A stretch of 62,273 nt of DNA from Nemertoderma westbladi (taxonomy: Eukaryota; Animalia; Xenacoelomorpha), in NCBI GenBank assembly GCA_032718475.1, contig JAUCBJ010002872.1, positions 1 to 62,273 of the forward strand. Reading direction: 5' to 3'. The notes under the pieces were generated by a model that made no database searches, was not told the DNA's origin, and was given only the letters and a program-made list of their open reading frames with translations. Of this stretch, positions 1 through 13,164 are shown in pieces. Position 1 is the first letter of the stretch. Each line of letters begins with the position of its first letter. Position numbers and translations under genes: made by a program.

Positions 1-2275
1 GCTGTTCATTCATATACAACACTTTCTTGTCCCAGCGCGTACATACTCCACCCTTTGGTAAAGTAGAGACTACTGCTCCAATAACCATGGAACTCTGATA
101 TTCATGAGACTTACCTAACCAGTCCAATTGTCTACAGATCTCCTGAATCTCATCGGAAAACTCTATAATCCCGCTACTAAGGAAGTGTCGGGGGGCTACT
201 AATTTTGCATACAAATACTTAGCTATGTTATCCTTGTTACCATACCTGATGTTTAATGTATCCCAAACTTGTCTTAATCCTTCTGGATGTCCAATAAACT
301 TTAACGCCATTAACTTGGGAGGTCCTTCCAAGCACTTGATGAGGAACCTAAGTTTCTCTCCGTTAGATAGCACAGAGTTCTGTATGCTGTCTTTGTAATA
401 TTCGTTGAAAGGTAACCATTTCATCTCATCTCCATTGAATTTGACGATCTCTCCCACTTTGACCGCTTGGCGGGCTTCTGTTCTAGCCATCTGACGCGTA
501 AAGCTTTCTTGGGCCATCGTGTTATTTAATATCGAATTATCGGTATATAAATTTCTCGGATCATTGTCAGGTCTATAGGGAATATCATTAATAACAGGTC
601 TATAATCACCCTTAATAGGGTTTGCTATAGGAGTTTCTACTTCACTAGCAGTATAGATGCGTGTAGGCTCCACACCTTGCGCATGTAATACTTCAGACCT
701 AACAGGTTGACACAATGTTACAGGGGGTATTGGTATGCCCTTTTGTATATTGACTAATTTGTCGCGTTCCAGTGCGATACTTTGCTGCACTTCTTGCAAT
801 TCTGCCCTACCTTCCCTTACTGTTCCCTTAAGTTGGTGGACAGTCTCCTGCATCTGTCCGAGCAGGAGATTCATCCCCCGCCGTCCCTCCTCTACCCACT
901 CGACCGCCGAAGCGGGAGTCGCCAACATTGTAGCGGGCTGACGCGGGACGACGGGAGACAAATCTTTGATTTCTCTCTCAGCTTCCAGGACAGGGATATT
1001 CTCATGGACTGTTCTACCGGGTACAGGCAGTGTAGTACTGTGTAAAGGGAATTTAGAGTTAAGCTCTGGAAGTACAGGGGTCTCTAGCACAGAAGTGACT
1101 TTGGGAACGACAGGCCTAATTATTTCAGGCTCATCAACTATTGTAGGGAGTCTTTTGACCTGAATAATTTGTTCTGTGGGTTCTGTACTGCCTAAGTCTG
1201 CGCTAGTTAGTTGTCTTCTAACCGCCGGGGGCAAATTAGGCAATTTGTGGCGGTGAGATGTTTTTCTACGCCTGCTTAGACGAGATCTATTTCCTCCGCC
1301 TTCAGGATCGGTGGTTTCGCCTTCCTCCGATGATGTGTATCCTTGGCGTTTGGGAGTAGATCGACTCATCATCTGCATTTGATTAGCAGTTAACTGTTTA
1401 TTTATGCAGTCTTGCGTCTCTTGCAGATTTTCCAACTCCAGTTGGGTAGTCTCCTCAGACGCTCTCCGTTCTGCTTCTGCCACTGCCTTTGCTGCCTTTC
1501 TTTCTGCTTCTGCCGCCCCTGCCTTTCTTTCTGCTTCTGCTTCTGCCATTGCCGCTGTTACTGCTGCTGCCTTTCGGTCCTCTATCCGTTTTTTCTTTAC
1601 TTGTTCTTCCTGGACTCTAGCGAGGCGGAGTTTTTCATCAAATTTAGCTTGGTTCGAAGCTAACATTTCCGCATCGATTGCGTCCAACACAAGCTTGGTT
1701 CCTTCACTATTAGGGCGAAGTCCAGACAGTCGTCTCCTCAACTCTTCACCTCCTAGGAATCGCTGATAGTCTGACAGATAGATGTCAATGGCGTCTCTAG
1801 TTCGCGGCTTCTCTGCTGCTGTTAATTCGCTTTCCACTTCGCTTTCCACTTCGCTTTCCACTTGAGAAGAAGTGGCGTCGGTTGATTCTTCATAGGTTGG
1901 CCGCTCATCATAAACCGTATCCGCCATCTTCGCTCCGCGTTCGGGCGTCCGCTCAACAGTATCCGAACTACTGGAGCTATCGGGCCGCTGAGAACTAGGT
2001 TCTTGGCTAGGAGGTTGCTGCTGTTTGATAGCTGCTTCTTGATCCCGCTTGACTTGGGCCCGAGTGCCTATGGCAGACCAACGGCGCTTCACTAACTTCG
2101 CAAATTGCGAAATCGCTTCTACCAACCTAGGTTCTGACACAACCACTGCAGGGGTTGCCCTTCTTACAGTATGAGGGGTTTCAGACCTCGGTCTGGTATT
2201 CTCTACACTTTGATCTGAGAAACAGGCTGTTGTTTCTAGGAGACTATCTGACAGAGTTTGCCTTGTGTCAGCCAT
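1..2275 (-). CDS. gag: BEL/Pao Gag N-terminal part (~758 codons, open to the window edge; not in the ORF track, presumably because no stop is reached)
   Basis: Hand translation from ATG 2275: MADTRQTLSDSLLET...AEAEAERKA coiled-coil-like stretch...GMNLLLGQMQETV...IVKFNGDEMKWLPF...GEKLRFLIKCLEGPPK...RWDKKVLY. No stop found. The second half matches the 30976-34029 ORF. Confidence 0.9.
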   Translation of the reverse strand, partial: MADTRQTLSDSLLETTACFSDQSVENTRPRSETPHTVRRATPAVVVSEPRLVEAISQFAKLVKRRWSAIGTRAQVKRDQEAAIKQQQPPSQEPSSQRPDSSSSSDTVERTPERGAKMADTVYDERPTYEESTDATSSQVESEVESEVESELTAAEKPRTRDAIDIYLSDYQRFLGGEELRRRLSGLRPNSEGTKLVLDAIDAEMLASNQAKFDEKLRLARVQEEQVKKKRIEDRKAAAVTAAMAEAEAERKAGAAEAERKAAKAVAEAERRASEETTQLELENLQETQDCINKQLTANQMQMMSRSTPKRQGYTSSEEGETTDPEGGGNRSRLSRRRKTSHRHKLPNLPPAVRRQLTSADLGSTEPTEQIIQVKRLPTIVDEPEIIRPVVPKVTSVLETPVLPELNSKFPLHSTTLPVPGRTVHENIPVLEAEREIKDLSPVVPRQPATMLATPASAVEWVEEGRRGMNLLLGQMQETVHQLKGTVREGRAELQEVQQSIALERDKLVNIQKGIPIPPVTLCQPVRSEVLHAQGVEPTRIYTASEVETPIANPIKGDYRPVINDIPYRPDNDPRNLYTDNSILNNTMAQESFTRQMARTEARQAVKVGEIVKFNGDEMKWLPFNEYYKDSIQNSVLSNGEKLRFLIKCLEGPPKLMALKFIGHPEGLRQVWDTLNIRYGNKDNIAKYLYAKLVAPRHFLSSGIIEFSDEIQEICRQLDWLGKSHEYQSSMVIGAVVSTLPKGGVCTRWDKKVLYMNEQ

Positions 2276-4424
2276 GTTTGATTGTACAGTTGAATGCCTA
2301 CTGCTATATTACAGCTAAAGCAAGTCTAGTAATTCAGTATCACTGTTAGCCTAATAATTAATTACCGATACTGCTACTCAGTGTAGCGTGATATATATAT
2401 AATATATTAGAATACCGGTATGCTTATAATATATATATAAGTATTATTACAGACTAGAATTAATTACAGAATAACGGTATGATTTCAGTCCAAATTTATA
2501 GAAATAAATATAATAAGCCTATGGTAAATACCGGTATGTCAATTATTTTAGAATAATTGAATTTCTGAATATTTTAGGGTTACTTGGTTACTTTAACTTA
2601 CTTTATTACCGTTATTTAAGCAGTAGTCCAACTGATATGGAGACCTAGTTGTTGTATGGCAGGCCTACTATTTATAAATCGTTTGAGTTGATTTATAATA
2701 TATATATACCCGTTTAAAATGGGTTTTGTCAATATTTGAAATAAATGTTATTATTTCTGGGGTGAGTCACTACACAGAAGCTGTACGCTCTCAGTGGAGT
2801 GCTACTTATTGGACACTAAAACAGACAATTCTAATTTACCTAAGTTACTTAATACTACAAATTACGTACGATACGGGTGAGATTAATTCTCTAACTAAAC
2901 ACAACAAAAATATTACGTACGAAATTTTAGGGTAATTTTACAGGAAGTCTACAAACCAGCCTAACAAAGGGTTAGAATTCTGGTTATTACAAACGGACAG
3001 GATACTACGGTATTTGAAAATAATAAGTAGTAGTAAATACACTGTGTTGTCCAGATAGGAAAATACCACCGCCTGACGACCTATAACCGTATCGCTATAG
3101 GTACTACGTTATGTATCACGGAGTGTCCCTACCTAGAAGTTAATTACCGCGGTCTACCAGAACCAACGTGCCTATTAACCACTTTACAACACAAATATAC
3201 TGCCTACACACTAATTACCTTCGGAAAGCACTGTACACTAAACCCTAAATTAGGTACAAGTACTGGTACAACAAATAATCAGTAGTTAAAAATACTTGAA
3301 CAGCTAAAAGAACCACGGCATCTGCTGGAGTGACCGGTGCACAAAATCACCAGTCTTTACCTACGCCAAGCAGCCCGTGTAGTACCGGGGTTAATTTAAC
3401 TATAACGGTATATATAACAAGCACAATTACTGTAGGAATAAACTTAGGGACATGAATGTTGCGAATAATCGCATAAACTCTGAATAATAAATATTACGCT
3501 ACCCGTACAGAATACTCAAACAAAATACAAACCAAACGCTGGCAGACTACCATCAAGCCTAAATAAACTACTGTATGTGCAGATTCCAAAATGGTTAGTT
3601 AGTATGCGTTCTAACACGGTAGTACGACTTATTCTTTAAGAGGGGATTGACCTTACAGCTATGGCTGCCCCAACTTACTAACTGGCACTTTATCAGACAA
3701 ACTCTACACACGCAGCAATCTCTTCAGACCTAATAATAGCTAGACAACAATCCAGCCTACAAAATATCTGAGTAATAACTATTACGGTACCTGAACAGAC
3801 CACACAAACAAACACAGGCCTAAACGCTGGCAGAATACTGTCAAGCCTAAATAAACTACAGTATGTGCAGATTCCAAAATGGTTAGTTAGTATGCGTTCT
3901 AACACGGTAGTACGACTTATCCTTTAAGAGGGGATTGACCTTACATCTATGGCTGCCCCAACTTACTAACTGGCACTCTATCGGACAAACTCTACACACG
4001 CAGTAATCTCTCCAAACCCAACAACAATCCGACAACAGTCCGGCCTACAATTATCTGAACAATCTGAGCAGACTTACACGTCTTCAGCTCAATATTAACT
4101 TACATGTAAATAAAACCGACAGAAATAAGTAAAATCTCAATAAAAAACCAGGGCGGCCGTCCCTGATTAAATACTAAGACCTACCAGTATACAATAATCA
4201 AAATCGAATAATACTAATGTACTTATACTGGAAGTACCGGTTAGGACAGTTGGGCCTACGGACCTACAGAAGTACCGGTTCTGGCAGTTGGACCTACGGA
4301 CCTACAGCAGTACCGGTTCTGGCAGTTGGGCCTACTGACCTATAGAAGTACCGGTTCAGGTTTACCGGTCGACCGGTACTTTCAACTTTATTGCTTACTG
4401 CAATAAAGAAGCAATAACTGTTAT

Positions 4425-5957
4425 TGTACGCGCTTTTGAAGACCTTTAGCAGTTTAACCTGCCAAAATTTATATGTCTTTTGGTTTATATATAGACTTTA
4501 GAAGTTGACAAATATTTAATACCAATAAACACAACATTAGCAGAAGCCAGCCTAGTGCGCGTCCATTCACCCGCTGGATATACCCGGGAGACTGGATTCT
4601 GAGGGCTTAGATTATTATTGCAGTGTAAGCTTACTGTATTGTATTATTCGATTGATCGTTAATAAATAATTTCTGACTAATATTATTCACTTTCGGGAAA
4701 TATTAACAGTTCCTTTAGGACGTGGCGCTCTATCTAAGTAAACAGAGATATGACTTATACTAATCACAACGGTAAGTCGGTAAGGCTTATGATTCACGTA
4801 TGAGGCGCATTCTTTAGGAAATGCTTAGTTATCAGTCACAATCAGGCACACTACCGGTAACACACAATACTGCTCACTAATTTGCCGACCGTCAATGAAT
4901 TTTATCATATATAAAGAAAACAGCAACGGATTCATGTAGTGCTTATCAAATAGCATTAAATTCACTACAAACCACAATAATATAAGTCGCAATCGCTGTA
5001 TATAACCCGTCTCTCTAACCTGTAGTGTATCAAGAAAATTGGGAAATTTGGGTTCTTTATATATGTTCTCCAAATAATATTCAACCAAAACACAACAGTA
5101 AACAGCATTAAGACGGTATGTTAAGTTATGATATGAACTGGACTGATATGGACCGATAACAGTTATACGCTCTATAATCTTAAGCCTACTAATGTTTCTT
5201 CTAAAGTCTGAAACGAATTGACTCTAGAGCCGGTGTTCCTGGCCTAGATAGAAGGAACACAACAGTAAAAAAGAAAAAACAGTAAGACTGAACACTCCTA
5301 GCATGATCAGCCGAATATCTCCACATCGACAGAAAAAATCGCTCTGATTGGCTTAAGCTAAACAAAGAACTACGTGTCCAATGGCTGCTCCCATGTCAGC
5401 AACCAGCTGTTAGATGTCGTAATCTGAATCATCAAGGATAAGCTGTGTAAAGGTATTTGGTGCATTGCAGGTTTTTTGCCTTACCATGTCCGCCAAAACA
5501 CGTATATAGAAGAATGACTTTTATGTCCGTTAAAACACTTATAACGGTACCTTGCGGGCGAGGGGAAATTATATATAGTTAGAGAGCCTTTTAGAGTATT
5601 CCAGCGCCTAGGGGGGAAACTGGATTGCGAAGCAAAAGGGCCAGTTATATCCCACAGAAGCTTTTACACAGTTGTTCTCGCTCAGAAAGGTAAACAAAGA
5701 CCGTAATGCATTGCGCGGTTTTCCGTAGGCCTCTGTTCAAGATAAAATGAAAATCGCTCTGATTGGCTGAGTTGAGCGAGCTGAACAAAGAGAGGCTCCA
5801 CGTGTACAGTAAACCAGCTGGCAGATTTCGTCATCTGAATTACAGTCTTTAGAGTATTAAGCGCATTGCGGAGAAAATGGCTTGTTATGTCCGCTAAAAC
5901 ACCTACACAGTATATTGCGGAGAAAAATGACCTGTTATATCCGCAAAAGCTTTTACA
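4425..5957 (-). repeat. 5' LTR of BEL copy A, with a duplicated outer (U3-side) segment
   Basis: Starts TGTACGCGC (copy B: TGTTCGCGC). The terminal motif AAGCTTTTACA occurs at both 5668 and 5957. 5669-5957 repeats motifs from ~5330-5668. Confidence 0.7.
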
Positions 5958-6750
5958 TGTACAGAAGCCCAGAATATGCACCTTTGTTTGACAAACGTCC
6001 GACACCTAAAATATGTCCGTAATGCGATTGGATTTCAAACATGATTATATGGCTTTAACCGGCACTAAAATGTCACATAAAACAATAGTTAATTCCAGCA
6101 AGTAGTTAACCAATTTGTTCTGAGGAAGGGCCAGGATCCGTAGTACATACCGTTTCGAGATTCCCACTTTTGAAGGTCTACCAAACTAATTTACTGAATC
6201 CATAGGGTAACCGTCAATGAACTACAATTTATTTATGTTCGATAAGCATGTGGAATAGTCGTTGGTATTACCATCACTACTAAACTATATGACTGTGCTA
6301 CCTGTTACCTGTTTCGTTAGGCCAATGATTTTACTTTCAAGATGGGTCATTGTTATAAATGTTGTCGCGCTCAAGACTCAAGTGCTGTTACCCCCCCCCC
6401 CCCCCCCCCCCCCCCCTAATCCTGTTAGACCATGTATATAATTTTATTATTACTCATTTCCCTCATTTGATAACATCATTGCTTATTTTTACCGTCTCCA
6501 TAACTTGCACTTTTCCCCAAATTGGTAACATCTATTTATTGTTTTGGAGAGAAAAATAATAGTATGTTTTTGCTTATCAGTAATCTACAGTAGATCGAAA
6601 CATTTTGAAATATTGTATGTGTTTGGGGGGTGGGGGGTAACAGGAATGGGGGTGGGGTGGGGGGGGGGGATCGCTAAGTGCGACGGTGGGAGGGGGGTAA
6701 CAGCACGGGACGATACTTCCATTGATTTATCCACATTAGTACAAATATAA

Positions 6751-7560
6751 GAAACTGGAGAAGTCTGTTATAATTCGAACGTCCGACACCAAAATTCCGA
6801 CACAAAACGTCCGACACCATTTAATTTACAATCAAACTGCAATAAACTGTGTGTTAAGAGTGATGATATTAAAAAGTTTGATATATATTAGTTAACCACA
6901 TAGTTGCAGATTATTGTGGTTAACCATAATTTAACCATTTAGCAATAATACATAAAAAAAGCGATAAAAAAATGTACAGTTCGATAAACATTGCATAGCT
7001 TGAAAAGTTGTGAACGAAATTATTTTATTTTTCTACCCCCGTAAAGCAGAGATGTTGTTTAAGACTAAGCGAATATGAACCCTCGCCTTCATTACCAACA
7101 AAGTACAAATAAAAGAAACTGGAGAAGTCTGCTATAATTCGAACGTCCGACACCAAAATTCCGACACAAAACGTCCGACACCATTTAATTTACAATCAAA
7201 CTGCAAAAACTGTGTGTTAAGAGTGATGATATTAAAAAGTTTGATATATATTAGTTAACCACATAGTTGCAGATTATTGTGGTTAACCATAATTTAACCA
7301 TTTAGCAATAATACATAAAAAAAGCGATAAAAAAATGTACAGTTCGATAAACATTGCATAGCTTGAAAAGTTGTGAACGAAATTATTTTATTTTTCTACC
7401 CCCGTAAAGCAGAGATGTTGTTTAAGACTAAGCGAATATGAACCCTCGCATTCATTTCCAACAAAGTACAAATAAAAGAACCCGGATTAGTGGGAAATCC
7501 AAACGTCCGACACCAAACGTCCGACACCATTTCAATTCCAATCAAACTACAAAAACTGTA
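6751..7560. repeat. ~364-bp tandem duplication (two near-identical copies plus a diverged third start) carrying AACGTCCGACAC(C) motifs
   Basis: GAAACTGGAGAAGTCTG at 6751 and 7115, diverged unit from 7478. The motif also occurs near 5995, 7720 and 7905. Possibly subterminal repeats of a DNA transposon. Confidence 0.8.
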
Positions 7561-8930
7561 TGTTAGATTTAGGAAATTACAAAGGTTGGATTAATAATAG
7601 GTAATAATAGGTAGCCAAATAGTTTATGATCACTGTGGTTAGCCAAAATTTGCAAAAGCTCTCATCGGCACTGTTACACGAATGTTTGAATTTTTACCCA
7701 AAAATTACTGTCCCAAAACTCAAACGTCAGACACCCACTTTTTAAACTCCAATTTCTAAAAGTCCAGTATAGTTATCAGTGGACTCATTATGAGTTCTCA
7801 TATAGAGCTTCGAATTTGGGGTAGTATAAGCATTACTCTGATTGACCTTGAATTAACAACTTCCTACAAATAGTAAAAAACAACCAAAATTTGGGTTTGC
7901 CCCAACGTCCGACACCACGGAATTCACCATAAGCTTGTATTAAAGTAACACTTTAAAAGGCATTTTACCTGTATATTGGCCGAGTTTAGATGCTCACTCC
8001 CAGCAGCCCAGGTTTTAGACTCATGTAGTACTGCCGTACTGCTGTATACAGTTGGGTATTCTCAGCGAGATTTGGTTTCCTCATGAAACCAAATCTGGTT
8101 TCACTCTTACTCTAAATTGAAACCAAATCTGGTTTCCTTTGAGATCTCAGGACATCAAAGGATGCCCGACTTTGCTACTGGGATATGAGTGACATGTATC
8201 TGAGAGTCAATTGCCTAACAACAAGCACTGCAGCACTGGCTGGAAGTTGGTGCTCTTCTATCTGTCTATTTCATGTATTTAGCCCTGAGGCCATGTTCTC
8301 CTGTAGGAAGGTACCTCTGTTTACAGTAGGTACCTAAACTAAGGCTTTGCTTTATATACACCAGAGTCTTGGGTAGCTAGCTGGCTAGCACAGCATTGCC
8401 CAAGGCTAATAATATACCATAGCCAAGGCAGGTTATTAACCTCCAACCCGCAATAGTCCACAGTCCTTACAGCCTTAATCAGTTACTATTATATCCCTAT
8501 AGGGATAGTTAGTTTTATTGTGTAGCCAAACCTGTTGCTGCCTGGCTGCTGTGTGTTGGTGTGGAAGTAATTAATGGTGGTCTAGAGTAAGGAGAGACAA
8601 GAGAGTGGGTTTAACAGTTTAATGTGGAATATGGCTATTGCTATTAATCTCTATGCTTATATGGCTGCAGCCCAATATTGCCAGATATTGGTGATTGGTA
8701 TTGGGTTTTAGTTAAGTTCCCAGGTACCTGGCTCTGGCAGCCTGGACAAACGACCAAAGGACATATGTTCCGCGGGACTGTATGTTCCCGGACATTATGT
8801 TCCCAAAAAATACCAAAAATGTGGGAACATAGGCCTATATTCTGTCCGAGTGTCCGACAGTAATAATGCAAACATAATGTCCGGAAACATATAATAAATA
8901 GGTAATCATAATATTAGGGTGTAAACGTTG

Positions 8931-9733
8931 CGACAGTGGTGCAGACAGTGGTGCAGACACCTGGTGCGGACAGTGGTGCAGACACCTGGTGCGGACAGTG
9001 GTGCAGACACCTGGTGCTGGTACGGACAGTGGTGCAGACACCTGGTGCTGGTACGGACAGTGGTGCAGACACTGGTGCAGACAGTGGTGCAGACACTGGT
9101 GCAGACAGTGGTGCATGGTGCAGACACTGGTGCAGACAGTGGTGCAGACACTGGTGCAGACAGTGGTGCACACAGTGGTGCAGGCAGTGGTGCAGACACC
9201 TGGTGCGGACAGTGGTGCAGACAGTGGTGCAGGCAGTGGTGCAGACACCTGGTGCAGACAGTGGTGCAGACACTGGTGCAGACAGTGGTGCAGACAGTGG
9301 TACAGACAGTGGTGCAGACAGTGGTGCAGACAGTGGTGCAGGCAGTGGTGCAGACACCTGGTGCGGACAGTGGTGCAGGCAGTGGTGCAGACACCTAGTG
9401 CGGACAGTGGTGCAGACAGTGGTGCAGGCAGTGGTGCAGACACCTGGTGCAGACAGTGGTGCAAACAGTGGTGCATGGTGCAGACACTGGTGCAGACAGT
9501 GGTGCAGACAGTGGTGCAGACAGTGGTGCACACAGTGGTGCATGCAGTGGTGCAGGCAGTGGTGCAGACACCTGGTGCAGACAGTGGTGCAGACACTGGT
9601 GCAGACAGTGGTGCAGACAGTGGTGCAGACAGTGGTGCAGACAGTGGTGCAGACAGTGGTGCAGACAGTGGTGCAGACAGTGGTGCACACAGTGGTGCAG
9701 GCAGTGGTGCAGGCAGTGGTGCAGACACCTGGT
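8931..9733. repeat. 12-bp minisatellite (CAGACAGTGGTG and variants)
   Basis: About 65 units with 12/13-bp variants. A short inverted copy lies at ~10305-10370. Confidence 0.95.
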
Positions 9734-10909
9734 GAAAATACTGTCAGACTGAAATACCAGACAGCCAGAGTACCACAAAACACAATACCACCAGGCACTA
9801 GCTGACTAGGCCAGTAGGCCTATCTGGCCTAATATATTATATTTTATCATAGACTTTATTATCTACAAATATGCGAGTAACTACTGAAAGGTTGTACATG
9901 AAGTAGGGAGGACGTATGTACAGATGTAGTACAAGCCGGGGTGCGTGCGGGTGAATGTGCCCTGACTGCCTGATTACAAATAATTATAAGTGGTGTGTTG
10001 TGTGTACGAAGTGTGTTGTGTGTGTTTGATTGTTTATACATGACCTACTTTATTCAGAGTATGTTTAATTTGTTTACCTTTACAGGAGCACTGGAGCCAC
10101 TGCTTATTGCTGTATAATAAAACGAGCTCATTAAGTTTTTGTCTCATTCTGGGGAGATAAATTCACTAACTACAGTAAGGTCTCAGGAATTGAGTATTCT
10201 TGGCCCTTGGGTATTCTTAGCCCGCAAAACAATAACGTTTATTGTTTTGGTTCCCCCAATACTCATCTGAATCCTGCTCCTTTACTAACCTGCTCGCCCC
10301 TTTACTGTCTGCACCAGTGTCTGCACCACTGTTTGCACCACTGTCAGCACCACTGTCTGCACCAGTGTCTACTGTTTAGTCTGCAAAGGGCCATCCCGCA
10401 TTGTTAGCTGAAAAAACAAATAGTAAAAAAATGAACTAATATAAAATAACAATAGAAACAATAGAATAAATGGCCTGCAGCGAACTTTTTCTCAACGAAT
10501 TTCAGATATTGTTACATATTTGGAATCCTTGCAAGGCAAGCTTTTTAATGATATGAAAAAAAATACGACTAATGTGAAGAATGTCCACGATACGGAGGAG
10601 GGTGCGATTTCGCAAAAGACACTTTTTTAAAACGCTTATAAAAAGAATTTAAAGGCAAAATCGAAAATTCCGGCTTCATGGGGTCATCGACGGTAAGTAG
10701 AACTAGTGGTGTTTCAAATTTCAAGCAATATGATAAAGATTTGTAGAAAAATCTGGGGGGGGGGGGGGAGGTCCGTGTCATCAGAAAATGACACTATATT
10801 ACGGGTCATGGTATACTGTACGATCTTTCACATGAAACCAACGAAAACTGGTAAAAGTTTCCGAGTCGTCAACTCCATTCACACTTTTACTGGGCACTAT
10901 TTCAAACGA

Positions 10910-12260
10910 AAGAAGGGCAACCTAACACTCTATGGTTCTTTTCGGGGAATCTCATTGATCTCGATTGCTACAAAGCTATACAATAGAATTATATTAAATC
11001 GCATCAGGGATCCCATTGAGAGACTGCTCCGTGGAAATCAGAAGGGGTTCCGTAAAGGTCGTGGGACCATGGAGCCCATTTTGGCACTTAGAAGGATAAT
11101 TGAAGAGTTATCAAAAAAGAAAGACAGGCATCTGGCTGTTATCTTTGTTGACTTCTTCAAGGCCTTTGATTCAGTCTCTCGCTCACGTATGTTCAGCATA
11201 CTTTCATTATATGGGATTCCTGATGAAATTATTGCAGCAATCAGATCAGTATACGATGGTTCGACAACATTTGTGTCTACTGTCACACTTGCACCATTCT
11301 TGTTCATAATTTTTGTTGACTATGTTCTACGCATGTCCTTAGATCATCATAATGATGATGGGGTGATGATAACTCCACCTACTGGCTCCAGAAGTCGAGG
11401 AAATCCTGCCAAGTACCTAACTGATCTAGACTTTGCTGATGACTTAGGAGTACTCTCAGAATCACTAGAGGGAGCCCAACGGCTCCTCAGCTCATTAGAA
11501 CATGCTGCTTCTAGTGTTGGTCTTTTTATTAACTCCAGAAAGACCACAATTTTGACAGTTAACTTTGAAAGTCCTCAGCAAGTCTCTGATCGGATGACCA
11601 TAAGCTCAAAAGGTGGTATGCTTGAGCATGTGGATGACTTCTGTTACCTGGGATCATGGATCCGGAAGTCAGGTGAGGACCTTCGAATACGTAAGGGAAA
11701 GGCATAGCGCATGGGCAGCCTTGAATAGGCTTTCCAGGATTTGGAAGTCACCGAGAATTAATCCCACACTTAAGGTCCGATTATTTAGAGCAGCAGTAGT
11801 TCCAGTACTCCTCTATGGGAGTCCATGCTGGGCTCTAACTGCTGAGGACACCAAATCTCTGGATGGCACATTCACAAGAATGCTACGCCGGGTTCATTGT
11901 GTCAAGTACAATGCACACATCTCCAACCAGACACTATATAACATTGGAGGTGTCTCATTGGTTCCCCCAAGCTTGACACTAGAACAAAATCGCCTCCGCT
12001 TTGCAGGACATTGCTTTCGCCGTGAGGACCAGCCAGTGCATAATCTTGTACTTTGGCAGCCTCATGGAGTGAATAAGCATGGTGGACAGCCCATGACTTT
12101 CTTGAGACTCATCTTAAAGGACACTGGCCTTGAAAATGCGGATGATCTAGCAAATGTCATGGGTGATAGGGAGTTGTGGCTGTGCAATTTTGTCGATAAG
12201 CCGGCACAGCATTCTTAAAAATGCAGCTGCAATGCAGCATGCCGATCCTAGTAGTAGTAG
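10910..12260 (+). mobile_element. RTE-clade LINE, 5'-truncated and defective RT
   Basis: RT motifs FRGISL, FVDFFKAFDSV, LAPFLF, DLDFADD, LFRAAVVPVLLYG. The GVLQGD region is deleted and there is a frameshift near 11705. (TAG)n tail. 12-bp TSD TATTTCAAACGA at 10898-10909 and 12261-12272. Confidence 0.93.
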
Positions 12261-12709
12261 TATTTCAAACGAGCTGAGTTTTTAATAAACTCAAAATTAT
12301 TATTAATAAGGAATTATTTCAATTTTCAACACACAAAAAAATCATACTATCGTTATACCACAGTAACAGTTTAAAGGGAAGTGTATTTTGTGTAATTTAT
12401 AACTTCCGAAAGGTGCTGAAATGGGTGCTACTCGAAAACCACTGGAGCTATTAAATTTTTGTTTGCCTCATATCTATAGTAGGTCATGTGTGTTGAATTA
12501 TTAAAATAATATTATTTAATAAAAAAAAGAAATAATTTTTTACTATGCTCAATTTCTTTTAGCAGAAGCGATGCAAAAAGGGATGCGCGTGCTAGGGGGG
12601 GGGGGGGGGGGGGGGGGTGGTGTAAGTGAGATAATAAGGATAGTTCTGGTATGGAAACCTGAAGCAGGACAGCGACAATATAATGGCGATTAGATTAGAA
12701 TACTTCTAA

Positions 12710-13164
12710 AGGCCCGCCGCACACTAGAGCTGCAAGATGCATCGTATTTTATTTTATATTGATAGCTTTTATGTTAATTATTTATTGAGTTTCTGACCAT
12801 CCAAATATTTCACGAGAGCATTGTATACATCCAATAATTTTCAAGAGACCTGTGGCTGGCGTTATGGCAAAGTTGTTTGATCAACTGAGAGATGATCCCG
12901 ACCACAGATATTTGTGAATTATAATCGCATGTCCGCCCCTTGGTACATTTGTTGCTCTTTAGTCCCTAATTGATGGAAACATCCGAAAGTGTAGCACCAA
13001 GTTTAGAAAAGCGATTGGGACAAAGGTAAAACTGCTAGTCACATTGCGGTGTAGTGTAATAATATTTGGCGGCAACACACACTAATATTACTTTGATTAC
13101 TTTAATGTATATTTCAAAGAATTTATCATGCATGCATCTTGCTTCTCTAATGTGCGGCGGGCCT
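12710..13164 (+). mobile_element. PIF/Harbinger deletion derivative with a transposase N-terminal remnant
   Basis: TIR AGGCCCGCCGCACA..TGTGCGGCGGGCCT with TAA/TAG flanks. Internal translation LFDQLRDDPDHQIFVNYNRMS...IRKCSTKFRKAIGTKVKLLVTLR resembles the start of Harbinger/HARBI1-type transposases. Confidence 0.8.

Larger units (their letters stand above)
1..5957 (-). mobile_element. BEL/Pao LTR retrotransposon, copy A (5' LTR, ~2.1 kb leader, 5' part of gag; runs off the window start)
   Basis: 1-874 aligns with gag of copy B (~33110-33985). 2276-4424 aligns with the copy B leader. 4425 onward shares blocks with the copy B LTR (CCATTCACCCGCTGGATA, AACAGTTCCTTTAGGACGTGGCGCT, terminal AAGCTTTTACA). 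Confidence 0.9.

Noticed and set aside
735-1766. Plus-strand ORFs (68-120 aa), likewise those within 31304-34019
   Set aside because: Antisense shadows of the minus-strand gag ORFs.
8835-9805. Long ORFs in all six frames (SAPL, CTTV, HHCL, GADS, CRQW repeats)
   Set aside because: The 12-bp unit lacks stops in any frame, and 13-bp variants shift frame freely, so there is no sign of coding constraint. A minus-strand acceptor-like TTTTCACCAG at ~9730 is insufficient evidence.
10706-10909. N-terminal extension of the 333-aa RT ORF
   Set aside because: It lies outside the RTE TSD and is a chance open frame in flanking sequence. The same applies to the first ~12 aa and last ~10 aa of the 25272-26723 ORF.
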